From Chitinophagaceae bacterium (lineage in GTDB: Bacteria > Bacteroidota > Bacteroidia > Chitinophagales > Chitinophagaceae): DNA of 64,000 nt. The notes beneath the pieces are model-generated. The model was not told the origin of the DNA. It did not search any database and saw only the letters and a program-made list of their open reading frames with translations. Below, piece by piece: positions 17,465 to 27,372 of this stretch. The number at the start of each line of letters is the position of its first letter. The first letter of the stretch is position 1. A program made the position numbers and the translations under genes. The stretch lies in assembly GCA_036676415.1 (NCBI GenBank), contig JAKFCX010000013.1, forward strand, positions 7,361 through 71,360. Reading direction: 5' to 3'.

Positions 17465-18961
17465 ATGAACCTGAAATCACTACTGGCAAAACCCTTTGCC
17501 AATTATATATATAAACAGATCCAGAAAAGCAAGCAAACAGCTGTTCACGACCAGGAAGAGATCTTCAAACACCTTGTCAAGGCTGCCAGAACCACTGACT
17601 TTGGAAAAGACCATGGTTTCGATAAGGTCACCAGCTATGATGATTTTAAAAAAGCTGTTCCGGTTCGTGATTATGAACAGTTGAAATCTTACATCGAAAA
17701 GATCAAACAGGGTAAGCAAAATGTTTTGTGGAAAGGCAAGCCTATTTATTTTGCCAAGACCAGCGGTACTACAAGTGGTGTAAAATACATTCCGATAACA
17801 AAAGATTCTATTCCCAATCATATTAATACTGCACGTAACGCCTTGTTGTGTTACATGGCCGAAAGCGGTAATTATGATTTTGCAAATGGCCGGATGATCT
17901 TCTTAAGTGGTTCTCCTGAACTGGAACGTGTAGCTGATATTCCTACAGGAAGATTAAGTGGAATCGTAAACCATCACATACCAAAATATTTAAGAGGTAA
18001 CCAACTTCCTTCTTACGAAACCAATTGTATAGAAGACTGGGAAACAAAACTTGATAAGATCGTTGAAGAAACATCTGGCCAGAATATGACATTGATCTCT
18101 GGTATTCCACCATGGATGCAGATGTATTTCGATCGGTTAAAAGAAAAGACAGGAAAAACAATAGCTGAACTCTTTCCAAAATTTTCTGTGATGGTATATG
18201 GTGGTGTAAACTTTGAACCATATCGTGCAAAACTGTTCGATACCATTGGAAAGAAAATCGATTCGATTGAAACATTCCCCGCTTCTGAAGGTTTTTTTGC
18301 GTTCCAGGATAGTCAAACTGAAAAAGGCCTTTTATTAAATACCAACTCTGGCATTTTCTTCGAGTTCATTCCTGCAGGAGAAATATTTAATGAACATCCC
18401 ACACGTTTATCATTGAAAGATGTAAAAGTCGGTGAGAATTATGCATTGATCATTAATAGCAATGCAGGACTTTGGGGTTACAATATCGGTGATACAGTGA
18501 AATTCATCAGTACCGATCCTTATCGTTTGGTAGTAAGCGGAAGAACCAAACATTATATTTCTGCATTTGGCGAACATGTGATTGCTGAAGAAGTAGAACA
18601 TGCTTTGATGACAGCTGCCGCAGAAGAAAATATTCATATCACTGAATTTACTGTGGCTCCATTGGTAGCACAGGATAAAGGGAAGAGTTACCACGAATGG
18701 TTGATTGAGTTTGAAAATATGCCGGCTGACATGGAAAGTTTCCGTTTGAAAGTGGACAATAATCTCAGGAAAAAAAATGTTTATTACGATGACCTGATCA
18801 CGGGAAATATTCTGGAAACACTTAAGATAAGCCAGGTGAAAAAGAATGGATTTATTGATTATATGAAGTCGATCGGGAAGCTGGGTGGGCAAAACAAAGT
18901 ACCTCGTCTCAGCAATGACCGAAAATTTGCCGATGCGTTACAATCTTATATCATTCGTTAA
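17465..18961 (+). CDS. GH3 (auxin-responsive promoter) family acyl-adenylate-forming enzyme homologue
   Basis: 498 aa. The N-terminus is typical of bacterial GH3 proteins (FGKDHGF..SYDDFKKAVPVRDYEQL, YFAKTSGTTSG.KYIP). Confidence 0.8.
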   Translation: MNLKSLLAKPFANYIYKQIQKSKQTAVHDQEEIFKHLVKAARTTDFGKDHGFDKVTSYDDFKKAVPVRDYEQLKSYIEKIKQGKQNVLWKGKPIYFAKTSGTTSGVKYIPITKDSIPNHINTARNALLCYMAESGNYDFANGRMIFLSGSPELERVADIPTGRLSGIVNHHIPKYLRGNQLPSYETNCIEDWETKLDKIVEETSGQNMTLISGIPPWMQMYFDRLKEKTGKTIAELFPKFSVMVYGGVNFEPYRAKLFDTIGKKIDSIETFPASEGFFAFQDSQTEKGLLLNTNSGIFFEFIPAGEIFNEHPTRLSLKDVKVGENYALIINSNAGLWGYNIGDTVKFISTDPYRLVVSGRTKHYISAFGEHVIAEEVEHALMTAAAEENIHITEFTVAPLVAQDKGKSYHEWLIEFENMPADMESFRLKVDNNLRKKNVYYDDLITGNILETLKISQVKKNGFIDYMKSIGKLGGQNKVPRLSNDRKFADALQSYIIR

Positions 18962-19014
18962 ATGATACAATCAACAGCCTGAACTGTTATCTTTACTAAA
19001 TTACTCTTGCCTCA

Positions 19015-19043
19015 TTGACTAAATGACGTACTGACTCAATGAC
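19015..19043 (+). repeat. Family E repeat TTGACTAAATGAC-GTA-CTGACTCAATGAC
   Basis: A near-identical copy lies at 43780-43807. This copy contains the dxr ATG (19039). Confidence 0.65.
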
Positions 19044-20196
19044 TAATAAACGAATTGCCATATTTGGTTCTACTGGCTCAATAGGAACACAAGCCCTGGA
19101 AGTTATTGCAGCCAACCCTGATAAATTTTCTGTTGCCATACTCACTGCACATACAAATGAAGATGTGCTGGTAAAACAGGCATTGAAGTTTAATCCACAG
19201 ACAGTTGTTATTGTAGATGAATCAAAATATGCAACAGTCAAAGAAGCATTGTCTGGTACCTCGATAAAAGTTACTGCAGGCGAGAGAGCATTGGAAGATG
19301 CAGCTTCAGAAGATATTTACGATTTTATGATTGCTGCCATTGTTGGTTATGCAGGATTAAAACCAACATTGAAAGGAATTGAGAATGGAAAGACCATCGG
19401 CTTAGCTAATAAAGAAACTTTAGTTGTAGCTGGTGATTATGTGATGCGTAAAGCCATTGAAAAGAAAGTGGCTGTGATTCCTGTCGACAGTGAACATTCC
19501 GCTATTTTTCAATGCCTCGTAGGGGAGTCAAGAAATAAAATAGAGAAGATCATTCTTACAGCAAGTGGTGGACCTTTTCTTGGAAAGAAGCCAAACTTTT
19601 TGGTGAATGTAAAAAGAGATCATGCATTGCAACATCCCAACTGGAGCATGGGGGCCAAGATCACGATTGATTCTGCTACGCTGATGAATAAAGGGCTTGA
19701 GATGATAGAAGCCAAATGGTTGTTTAATCTTGCACCTGAACAGATATCTGTAATGGTACATCCACAAAGTATCATTCACAGCATGGTGCAGTTCGAAGAT
19801 GGAAGTATTAAGGCACAAATGGGGTTACCCGATATGAAGTTGCCTATACAATATGCCATGGCTTTTCCGCAGCGAATTCCGAATGATTTTCCACGATACG
19901 ATTTTCGCCGGCCCAATACTTTGACTTTCGAAGAACCCGATACAAAAACATTCAGGAACCTTGCTTTGGCAAGTGAAGCTTTGCAAAAAGGTGGAAACAT
20001 GCCTTGCATTTTAAATGCTGCTAACGAGATCGCTGTGTTTGCATTTTTAAGGAATCGCATCGGCTTTTTAGACATAACCGAAGTTGTTGAGCGATCCATG
20101 AACAAGATCACCTACATTTCTAATCCAACCCTGGAAGAATACTTTGAAAGTGATGGTGAGGCACGTAATTTCGCCGCTTCGTTAATTCAGATGTAA
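19039..20196 (+). CDS. dxr: 1-deoxy-D-xylulose-5-phosphate reductoisomerase
   Basis: 385 aa. Contains IAIFGSTGSIGTQAL, LANKE, PVDSEHSAIFQC and NKGLE.IEA. Confidence 0.95.
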   Translation: MTNKRIAIFGSTGSIGTQALEVIAANPDKFSVAILTAHTNEDVLVKQALKFNPQTVVIVDESKYATVKEALSGTSIKVTAGERALEDAASEDIYDFMIAAIVGYAGLKPTLKGIENGKTIGLANKETLVVAGDYVMRKAIEKKVAVIPVDSEHSAIFQCLVGESRNKIEKIILTASGGPFLGKKPNFLVNVKRDHALQHPNWSMGAKITIDSATLMNKGLEMIEAKWLFNLAPEQISVMVHPQSIIHSMVQFEDGSIKAQMGLPDMKLPIQYAMAFPQRIPNDFPRYDFRRPNTLTFEEPDTKTFRNLALASEALQKGGNMPCILNAANEIAVFAFLRNRIGFLDITEVVERSMNKITYISNPTLEEYFESDGEARNFAASLIQM

Positions 20197-20237
20197 GTTT
20201 ATTGTTGATCCGGCGTTTGTAATGCTATTTTGCTTTA

Positions 20238-20313
20238 CTTGCGTCGCACTCGTCAGGTTCCTGTAAGAAATCAGCTGATTACGATACTAACTGTACAAGT
20301 GTGTGACACAAGG
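20238..20313. repeat. Family A inverted pair (composite hairpin) between dxr and rseP
   Basis: CTTGCGTCGCACTCGT (20238-20253) and GTACAAGTGTGTGACACAAGG (20293-20313) flank an internal 12-bp perfect palindrome AATCAGCTGATT (20269-20280). Confidence 0.8.
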
Positions 20314-20352
20314 AACGATGATTAGAGAACTAAAAGCGGACTAAAAAATAAA

Positions 20353-21717
20353 ATGACATTATTAGCAATCGACTGGGCCAGTGTAGGAGTACAAACAGTG
20401 TACTTCATTATGGCATTTTCCATACTCGTGGTATTACATGAATTGGGACATTTTCTTCCTGCAAAATGGTTTAAGTGCCGTGTAGAAAAATTCTATTTGT
20501 TTTTTAATCCATGGTTCAGCCTCGCAAAAAAGAAGATCGGTGATACAGAATGGGGATTAGGCTGGGTGCCTTTTGGTGGTTATGTAAAGATCAGCGGAAT
20601 GGTGGATGAGAGTATGGATAAAGAGCAACTTAAATTGCCACCTCAGCCCTGGGAATTCAGGTCAAAGCCAGCCTGGCAGAGACTGATCATTATGTTGGGT
20701 GGTGTTACTGTAAACATTATACTCGCCATTGTAATATTTATTTTTATCGCCTGGGGTTATGGTGAAGAATATTTACCACCACAAAATGCCAAGTATGGTT
20801 TTGCCATTGACAGTTTGGGAACATCTGTTGGTTTGAAAGATGGAGATATCATCACCAAAATTGATGGGCAGCCAGTTAAGGATGCAACAAAGAGTGTGTT
20901 GCAGATCATAACAAAAGAAGGTAAAAAAATTACTATCCTGCGTGATGGTAAAGAGATGGACATTGATATTCCGGAAGGAATGATCAGGTCTTTGAATGAT
21001 AGTAAAGGTGCCAATTTTGCATTCCTCAGGTTCCCTGGTATCATTGAAGATTTTGGGAAAGAATCACCTGCAAAAGATGCAGGATTACAGAAAGGTGACC
21101 AGATACTAGCTGTTGATTCAACACCTACTCCATATTTTACAGATTTTCAAAAAGTGTTACGCACCAGCAAGAATAAAAAAATTGCTGTGCAGGTAAATAG
21201 AAACGGGCAGGTTGTTACTGTTCCGGTGCAGGTGAATGAAGATGGAAAAATTGGCATTGCTGCAAGAACAGATATTAAGCAACTCGGTTTTCAAACAGAG
21301 ACCAAAGAATATTCATTAGCAGAAGCAATACCTGCAGGATGGAATCGTTGCTGGAGTACATTGAGTATGTACACAACTGGTTTGAAACAATTGTTTACCG
21401 GAAAAGCTAATCCAAATGAATCATTAGGAAGTGTGATCAGCATTGGAAAAATATTTCCAAAAGAATGGGGTGAGTGGGAAGCTTTCTGGACGTTGACTGC
21501 AATATTTTCTGTAGTGTTAGCTTTCATGAACGTACTACCAATACCTGCTTTAGATGGTGGTCACGCATTATTCACTATTTATGAAATGATCACCGGAAGA
21601 AAGCCAAGCGATAAGTTCATGGAATATGCACAGACGGTTGGTATGGTATTATTGCTTGGATTAATGGCTTATGCATTAGGACTTGACTTCCTAAGAGTAT
21701 TCCGGGATATATTTTAG
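20353..21717 (+). CDS. rseP: RIP metalloprotease RseP (site-2 protease)
   Basis: 454 aa. Contains HELGHF, PDZ-like segments and C-terminal NVLPIPALDGGH. The synteny with dxr is classical. Confidence 0.9.
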   Translation: MTLLAIDWASVGVQTVYFIMAFSILVVLHELGHFLPAKWFKCRVEKFYLFFNPWFSLAKKKIGDTEWGLGWVPFGGYVKISGMVDESMDKEQLKLPPQPWEFRSKPAWQRLIIMLGGVTVNIILAIVIFIFIAWGYGEEYLPPQNAKYGFAIDSLGTSVGLKDGDIITKIDGQPVKDATKSVLQIITKEGKKITILRDGKEMDIDIPEGMIRSLNDSKGANFAFLRFPGIIEDFGKESPAKDAGLQKGDQILAVDSTPTPYFTDFQKVLRTSKNKKIAVQVNRNGQVVTVPVQVNEDGKIGIAARTDIKQLGFQTETKEYSLAEAIPAGWNRCWSTLSMYTTGLKQLFTGKANPNESLGSVISIGKIFPKEWGEWEAFWTLTAIFSVVLAFMNVLPIPALDGGHALFTIYEMITGRKPSDKFMEYAQTVGMVLLLGLMAYALGLDFLRVFRDIF

Positions 21718-21749
21718 TATCGGTTAAAACTGTTCATGTAATTGTTGCA

Positions 21750-21769
21750 GTACAAGAGTGCGACGCAAC
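21750..21769 (+). repeat. Family A element GTACAAGAGTGCGACGCAAC, single copy
   Basis: Lies 33 nt after the rseP stop. Matches the consensus at 19/20 positions. Confidence 0.8.
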
Positions 21770-21816
21770 AGATGTTTAATTAACATTCCGGAGCCTGTTT
21801 CCAAAAACATATTGCA

Positions 21817-21824
21817 TAAATTTG
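21817..21824 (+). promoter_or_regulatory. -7 box TAAATTTG upstream of ssrA
   Basis: TAnnTTTG match, about 63 nt before the mature tmRNA 5' end. Confidence 0.35.
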
Positions 21825-21887
21825 CAAACTCAGTTCTTTGAAGTTTACTACACTGTAAACTCTCAACTATAGATTGTCATCTAACCT

Positions 21888-22260
21888 GGGGTCGTATTGG
21901 TTTTGACAGCATAAGTTGCGGTAGGTGTAAGCATGCAGTGCGTTGGATAATTAGCACTTAAATCTGAATATTCAAACACACAAATGGCAATACTCAGTAT
22001 GCCATGGCTGCCTAATCAGTGATTAAGTAGTCATTAGGGCCGTGTTGAGCAGGTTGGTCTGTTACCAAGCTCCACCGCCGACACAAAAACAAAACAGAAT
22101 GCTTCCCGAACAGGCTGTGCCTCGGGATTAAGACTATTCAGCTAAGTGATGAGTTGGTTTGTTCATTTCCTGCTCATTGCCGACAAACAATAATGAAATA
22201 AGCATGTAGAAAGCTTATGGCAAATATGTTTGGACACCGGTTCGAGTCCGGTCGACTCCA
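21888..22260 (+). ncRNA. ssrA: tmRNA (SsrA)
   Basis: 5' end GGGGTCGTATTGGTTTTGACAGC. 3' tRNA-like end GGACACCGGTTCGAGTCCGGTCGACTCCA, with a G3:U70 pair in the acceptor stem. The tag frame GGC AAT ACT CAG TAT GCC ATG GCT GCC TAA (21986-22015) reads GNTQYAMAA*. The resume codon is inferred, not proven. Confidence 0.9.
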
Positions 22261-22261
22261 C

Positions 22262-22291
22262 AAAAAGCCGCTCACATTGAGCGGCTTTTTT
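22262..22291 (+). terminator. intrinsic terminator after ssrA
   Basis: GCCGCTC-ACATT-GAGCGGC hairpin followed by T6. Confidence 0.8.
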
Positions 22292-22366
22292 ATTTATCCC
22301 AATTCTTCCCTTTTTTCTTTGAATTTTAGTCATATTTGTCGATCAATTATCCATGTCCTCAAATGA

Positions 22367-24976
22367 ATGCCTAAGGATTTTATGCCTGACCATGTAACTA
22401 ACATAGATACAACAGAGAATAATTTTCTTTTACAGATATTTCTGAATAATACTGAGAGCAGCTTCATCCTCACAGATAAAAACTTCAACATCATTTTCTA
22501 TAATCGCCTGGCTGGCGAAAGGGTAAAACAATTTGTTGGTATCGGCCTACATGAAGGCATGTCGATCCTGGAACTGGCATCTCCAGACAGGTTAGAGCAG
22601 CAGTTACAAATACTGGAAGCAACACTTGCAGGTAAAAAGACTGAGAACGAATACAAGATCGAACTTCCCGGAAAAAAATCAATCACATTTTACAATCATT
22701 ATCATCCTGCTAAAAATGACGAAGGTGAGATCATAGGTGTGCTGGTTACTTCAAAAGATATTACTGAACAAAAGAAGAACGAAGATGAGCTCAGAATCAG
22801 CAATGAACGCTATAGTCTCATCACCAAAGCAACATCTGATGCCATATGGGATTACGATGTAATTGGCCAGCGTATCTATTTCAATGAGTCTTATACAAAA
22901 TATTTTGGGCACCAGGTTTCGGAAATGGATAGCAGTTATGATCTGTGGGAGCAGCATATTCATCCGCAGGATAAAGAAAGAGTGGTAGCTAAGGTTAATG
23001 CTGCCATCAATGGCAGCGATACTCATTGGGAAGATGAATACCGGTTTCTTACAAAGAATGGCGTTACCGTTTATGTATACGACAGGGGAATAATCCTGCG
23101 AAATGATTCAGGTGATCCTGTTCGAATGATTGGTTCTATGCAGGATGTGACCAAACAAAAGGAAAACGAAATAAGGATTGCATTGAGTGAACATCGGTTT
23201 AAAAGTCTTGTTCAAACTGGTACTGATTTGATTGGAATCGTAGATGCACATGGTTTTTATACCTATGTAAGTCCTACTATCGCACAACTTGGTTACGATG
23301 TTGATTTTTTAATAGGAAAAAGTGCTTTTGATTTTATCCATCCAGAAGATGTTGCAATGGCCCAGGAATTTTTTGAGGAAACATTCCAGGTAAAACAAAT
23401 TACAACAAACCCATTTCGTTTTAAAGCAGCGAACGGAGATTGGAGATTGATAGAAACCGTAGTTACTAACCTGCTAGATGATCCTGCAATAAATGGTATT
23501 GTTGTTAATTCGAGAGATATTACAGACAGACATCTTAAAGATGAGGCTTTACATAAAGCTTTGAACGATCTTAATAAAATTCTTGATTCATCTGTGGACG
23601 TAATTGTAGTAACTGATGAGAACAACAGGTACATACAAGTGAGTGCTGCTGCAGAAACCGTTTGGGGCTATAAACCTGAAGAGTTGATGGGGAGAGTTTG
23701 TTTAGACCTGGTACATCCGGATGATGTTGAACATACGAATATTGTTACGGAAAAAGTGATGAGGGGTGAAATGACCACCAACTTTCAAAATCGGTATATA
23801 CGTAAAGATGGAACGGTTGTACCCTTAATATGGTCTGCTAAATGGGATGAGAAAGATAAAGTGATGTATGCCATAGCCAGAGATTCCACAGAAAAGCTTG
23901 AAGCGGAGGCGGCTCTGCTGCAAAGCGAGGCCATGTTCAGAACCATCTCTGAAAATTTTCCAAATGGCATAGTTTCAATTCTCAATAAAAAGCTTCAGTT
24001 TCTTTATGTAGCCGGTAAAGAATTAGATAGCCTGCAAATTTCTGCTGACTATTTTGTTGGAACAGATTACAGTCAGCATATGCCTGATGATGATCGATTG
24101 ATCCGCACTATGGCCGACAAAGTATTTTCAGGTGAAGCAATGGTTTCTGAGATGAAATTCTTTGAGAGAAACTACCTGGTAAGTTCCGTTCCATTATATG
24201 AAGCAGATGGAAGTATCGAAAGAATATTAGTGGTATTTCAGAATATCACAACACAAAAAAGCGTTCAGAAAGAGAAAGAATTACTGATCAATGAGCTTAC
24301 AAAAAACATCCACGATTTAAGGCAGTTCTCTTATATAACTTCTCACAATCTCCGGGCCCCGATTTCAAATCTTATTGGAATCATGAGTTTGATTGATATG
24401 AATTCGATTGAAAATCCCGATACTGCATTCCTTGTGGAGAAGTTTAAAGAATCTACTTTTATTCTCAATGAGACCGTAAATGATCTGCTGAACATACTGC
24501 TGATTAAGAATAATGTAAACGTGCAAAAGGAAGTGTTTTCGCTGCAACAGGTGTGGCAGGATGTATGCACATCGGTAAACAGCCAGATTCGCAATGCCGG
24601 TGCTGTGATCACTGCTGATTTTTCCAATGCAAAAGATATAATATTCAATAAATCCTATGCGGAAAGCATCTTATTGAACTTACTTACCAACTCTTTAAAA
24701 TACAGGCACAAGGATCGGAAGCTAAAGATTAGTCTTCGTACTGCTGAAGAGGATGAATTCCTGGTTTTGCATTTCTGTGATAACGGAATCGGGATTAACT
24801 TAGATCATCATAGGGAGAAAATTTTTGGCCTGTACCAGCGTTTTCATAATTATACAGATAGTAAAGGCTTAGGTTTGTACATTGTGCACTCACAAATTAC
24901 AGCACTCGGCGGAAAGATAGAAGTAGACAGCGAAGTTGATAAAGGAACTTGTTTCAATATCTATTTTAAAAAATAA
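22367..24976 (+). CDS. multi-PAS sensor histidine kinase
   Basis: 869 aa. Several PAS/PAC units, H-box FSYITSHNLRAPISNL, N box LLTNSLKY, G boxes DNGIGI and GLGLYI. Confidence 0.9.
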   Translation: MPKDFMPDHVTNIDTTENNFLLQIFLNNTESSFILTDKNFNIIFYNRLAGERVKQFVGIGLHEGMSILELASPDRLEQQLQILEATLAGKKTENEYKIELPGKKSITFYNHYHPAKNDEGEIIGVLVTSKDITEQKKNEDELRISNERYSLITKATSDAIWDYDVIGQRIYFNESYTKYFGHQVSEMDSSYDLWEQHIHPQDKERVVAKVNAAINGSDTHWEDEYRFLTKNGVTVYVYDRGIILRNDSGDPVRMIGSMQDVTKQKENEIRIALSEHRFKSLVQTGTDLIGIVDAHGFYTYVSPTIAQLGYDVDFLIGKSAFDFIHPEDVAMAQEFFEETFQVKQITTNPFRFKAANGDWRLIETVVTNLLDDPAINGIVVNSRDITDRHLKDEALHKALNDLNKILDSSVDVIVVTDENNRYIQVSAAAETVWGYKPEELMGRVCLDLVHPDDVEHTNIVTEKVMRGEMTTNFQNRYIRKDGTVVPLIWSAKWDEKDKVMYAIARDSTEKLEAEAALLQSEAMFRTISENFPNGIVSILNKKLQFLYVAGKELDSLQISADYFVGTDYSQHMPDDDRLIRTMADKVFSGEAMVSEMKFFERNYLVSSVPLYEADGSIERILVVFQNITTQKSVQKEKELLINELTKNIHDLRQFSYITSHNLRAPISNLIGIMSLIDMNSIENPDTAFLVEKFKESTFILNETVNDLLNILLIKNNVNVQKEVFSLQQVWQDVCTSVNSQIRNAGAVITADFSNAKDIIFNKSYAESILLNLLTNSLKYRHKDRKLKISLRTAEEDEFLVLHFCDNGIGINLDHHREKIFGLYQRFHNYTDSKGLGLYIVHSQITALGGKIEVDSEVDKGTCFNIYFKK

Positions 24977-24979
24977 AGG

Positions 24980-25411
24980 ATGCTACATAAGGTTTTATTG
25001 ATAGATGATGATATGGTTACCTGGGCTATTTGCGAAATGGTACTAAACAAAACTGCTTTCACAGAGAAAGTTGAAAAGCTGGGTAATGGCAAAGAAGGCA
25101 TCGATTACTTTTCAAACTATTTTGAAAAGAAGAAGAAAGGAGAAACGGATATTGTAGCACCAGATCTGATACTACTGGACCTTAATATGCCAGTGATGGA
25201 TGGATGGACATTCCTCGAAGATTATATCCGGAAATATTCAGAACGTTTGCCCGATACAAAGATTGCTATTCTTTCATCTACCGTGAACCCCGAAGATTTT
25301 ATCAGGGCTCAGAAATATTCACTCGTTATCGACTTTATTAATAAGCCCCTCACTATTGAATTAATTGAAGAGTTGAAGTCTCACGAAGCATTCAGGCAAT
25401 ACTTCAGTTAA
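24980..25411 (+). CDS. stand-alone response regulator receiver
   Basis: 143 aa. Contains LLIDDD, LILLDLNMPVMDG, ILSST and NKPL. Lies 3 nt after the kinase stop. Confidence 0.9.
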   Translation: MLHKVLLIDDDMVTWAICEMVLNKTAFTEKVEKLGNGKEGIDYFSNYFEKKKKGETDIVAPDLILLDLNMPVMDGWTFLEDYIRKYSERLPDTKIAILSSTVNPEDFIRAQKYSLVIDFINKPLTIELIEELKSHEAFRQYFS

Positions 25412-25450
25412 AGCTGGTACAGATTTTATTACAGTAGAGTAAACAGTATC

Positions 25451-25723
25451 ATGCAAATTGAACAGGTAGTAGGTATTGCTGCAGGGGTTTTAACGAGTAC
25501 CAGTATGATACCACAGCTGGTTAAGCTGGTGAAAGAGAAGAAAGCAGATGCCATTTCTCCTATAATGCTAATTGTGCTTATATCAGGATTGTTCTTATGG
25601 GCCTACTATGGTATTTTAAGAGAAGACTGGCCAATAATAATTACAAACGTTTTTGCGCTCATTATCAACGCTGCACTTTTAATACTCAGACAGGTCTACA
25701 AAAAGAGGCAGGACAATAGTTGA
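25451..25723 (+). CDS. SemiSWEET / PQ-loop family transporter
   Basis: 90 aa, three TM helices, and a PQ motif (SMIPQLVKLVK). Confidence 0.75.
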   Translation: MQIEQVVGIAAGVLTSTSMIPQLVKLVKEKKADAISPIMLIVLISGLFLWAYYGILREDWPIIITNVFALIINAALLILRQVYKKRQDNS

Positions 25724-25803
25724 ATCTGCCATTAGCATAATATTTTACTTACACGTTCACAACTTTATTCAGCAGTTATCAGCCGGTTTTTTATCTTCGG
25801 CTT

Positions 25804-26436
25804 ATGTACAATCTTCCCTACTTTAAAGAAGAAGACAGGCAAAGGGTACTTGAATTTGTACGGTCTCATCCCTTTGCTTTTCTCTGTGGGTGTGATGCCA
25901 GCAATAAACCTGTTGCAACACAAATACCCTGCTTTATAGAAGAAAAGGATGGAAAGCTGTATTTGAGTGGACACATCATGAAAAATACTGATCATCACAA
26001 AGCTTTTTTACATAATTCGAATGTCTTGGCTGTCTTCTCAGGAGCTCATTCCTATGTAAGTGCCAGCTGGTACAGCGATCAGCATACAGCTTCTACCTGG
26101 AATTATTTAAGTGTACATGCAAAAGGCATCATGCGTTTTTTAGATGAAGATGCACTGTTAGAAGTGCTGAAACATACTACCAATCATTTTGAAAACAATC
26201 CACATTCCCCTGCTAATTTCGAAAATCTTCCTCAGGAGTATGTTCAGCAACTTGCAAAAGCAATAGTTGCTTTCGAAGTAGAAGTTGTATCAATGGACAA
26301 TGTGTTTAAGCTAAGTCAGAATAGAGATAAAGAGAGTTATGAAAACATTATAGGAAAGTTGAGTGAACAGGATCATTGTGCAAGAACAGTAGCAGATGAA
26401 ATGAGATTAAGAAAAGACGAATTATTTAATAAATGA
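25804..26436 (+). CDS. FMN-binding negative transcriptional regulator, PaiB family
   Basis: 210 aa. The N-terminus is typical of PaiB (MYNLPYFKEEDRQRVLEFVRSHPFAFL), and FKLSQNR lies near the C-terminus. Confidence 0.8.
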   Translation: MYNLPYFKEEDRQRVLEFVRSHPFAFLCGCDASNKPVATQIPCFIEEKDGKLYLSGHIMKNTDHHKAFLHNSNVLAVFSGAHSYVSASWYSDQHTASTWNYLSVHAKGIMRFLDEDALLEVLKHTTNHFENNPHSPANFENLPQEYVQQLAKAIVAFEVEVVSMDNVFKLSQNRDKESYENIIGKLSEQDHCARTVADEMRLRKDELFNK

Positions 26437-27242
26437 CAAGAGAATTTTTAATAGGCGAAATAAAGCGAAAAAGATCTTTTCTATGTGTTGGATTAGATAC
26501 GGATATTGACAAAATTCCAAAACATCTTCGATCATACCCTGATGCAATCTTCCGGTTTAATAAAGCAATTATCGAGTCAACTAAAGACTATTGCGTAAGC
26601 TATAAAATCAATACTGCTTTTTATGAAGCTCAGGGTCTGAGAGGATGGGAGGCAATGGAACAAACGGTGAATTATATTCCTTCCACTCATTTTAAAATTG
26701 CCGATGCAAAAAGAGGAGACATTGGAAATACATCTGCTCAATATGCCAGGGCTTTTTTTGAAGCTTTATCTTTTGATGCCATTACTGTTGCTCCTTACAT
26801 GGGAGAAGATTCGATAAGACCTTTTTTAGAATACGATAATAAATTCACCATTGTTCTTGGTTTAACATCGAATGCAGGAGCAAAAGATTTTGAATTGCAA
26901 AAAACCGGGGAAGAATATTTATATGAAAAGGTGCTACGAACAGTAAGTAAATGGGGAACTGCTGACAACCTGATGTTTGTTGTTGGTGCAACCCAGTCAG
27001 CGGAATTAAAGAATATACGTACGATTATACCTGATAATTTTCTTTTGATACCGGGAGTAGGTGCACAGGGAGGAAGTTTATCCGATGTTTCAAACTATGG
27101 AATGAATAAGGATTGCGGGCTCCTGGTAAATGCAAGCCGGGCAATTATTTATGCCGGTGATAACGAAGATTTCGGAAACCAGGCTTCCCTGGCAGCAAAA
27201 CAGTATCATCAGGAAATGTTGATACATCTCCGGGATTTATGA
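26433..27242 (+). CDS. pyrF: orotidine-5'-phosphate decarboxylase (long/type 2 form)
   Basis: 269 aa. Contains CVGLDTD, KINTAFYE, DAKRGDIGNT and IPGVGAQGG. Its ATG overlaps the paiB-like stop (ATGA). Confidence 0.9.
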   Translation: MTREFLIGEIKRKRSFLCVGLDTDIDKIPKHLRSYPDAIFRFNKAIIESTKDYCVSYKINTAFYEAQGLRGWEAMEQTVNYIPSTHFKIADAKRGDIGNTSAQYARAFFEALSFDAITVAPYMGEDSIRPFLEYDNKFTIVLGLTSNAGAKDFELQKTGEEYLYEKVLRTVSKWGTADNLMFVVGATQSAELKNIRTIIPDNFLLIPGVGAQGGSLSDVSNYGMNKDCGLLVNASRAIIYAGDNEDFGNQASLAAKQYHQEMLIHLRDL

Positions 27243-27372
27243 TAAGTGAAGATGCTGCCTGCAGTTTTAGAGCGAAATGGAGTTATTGTTGCAACGTTTA
27301 ACTGATAAATTCGGCCTTTTCTTTATATTACTGGGAAATTATTGCAATTTTATTTGCATTTTCGCAATAACC

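Noticed and set aside
21986-22015. tmRNA tag ending AMAA instead of the common ALAA
   Set aside because: From memory, YAMAA-type tags occur in other Bacteroidota (Cytophaga-like tags), so this is probably lineage-typical rather than novel.
21888-22366. Integrated element next to tmRNA, and next to the tRNA pair at 6884-7106
   Set aside because: There is no integrase, no direct repeat of the tRNA/tmRNA 3' end, and no compositional break that I can see. The flanking genes are ordinary chromosomal genes.
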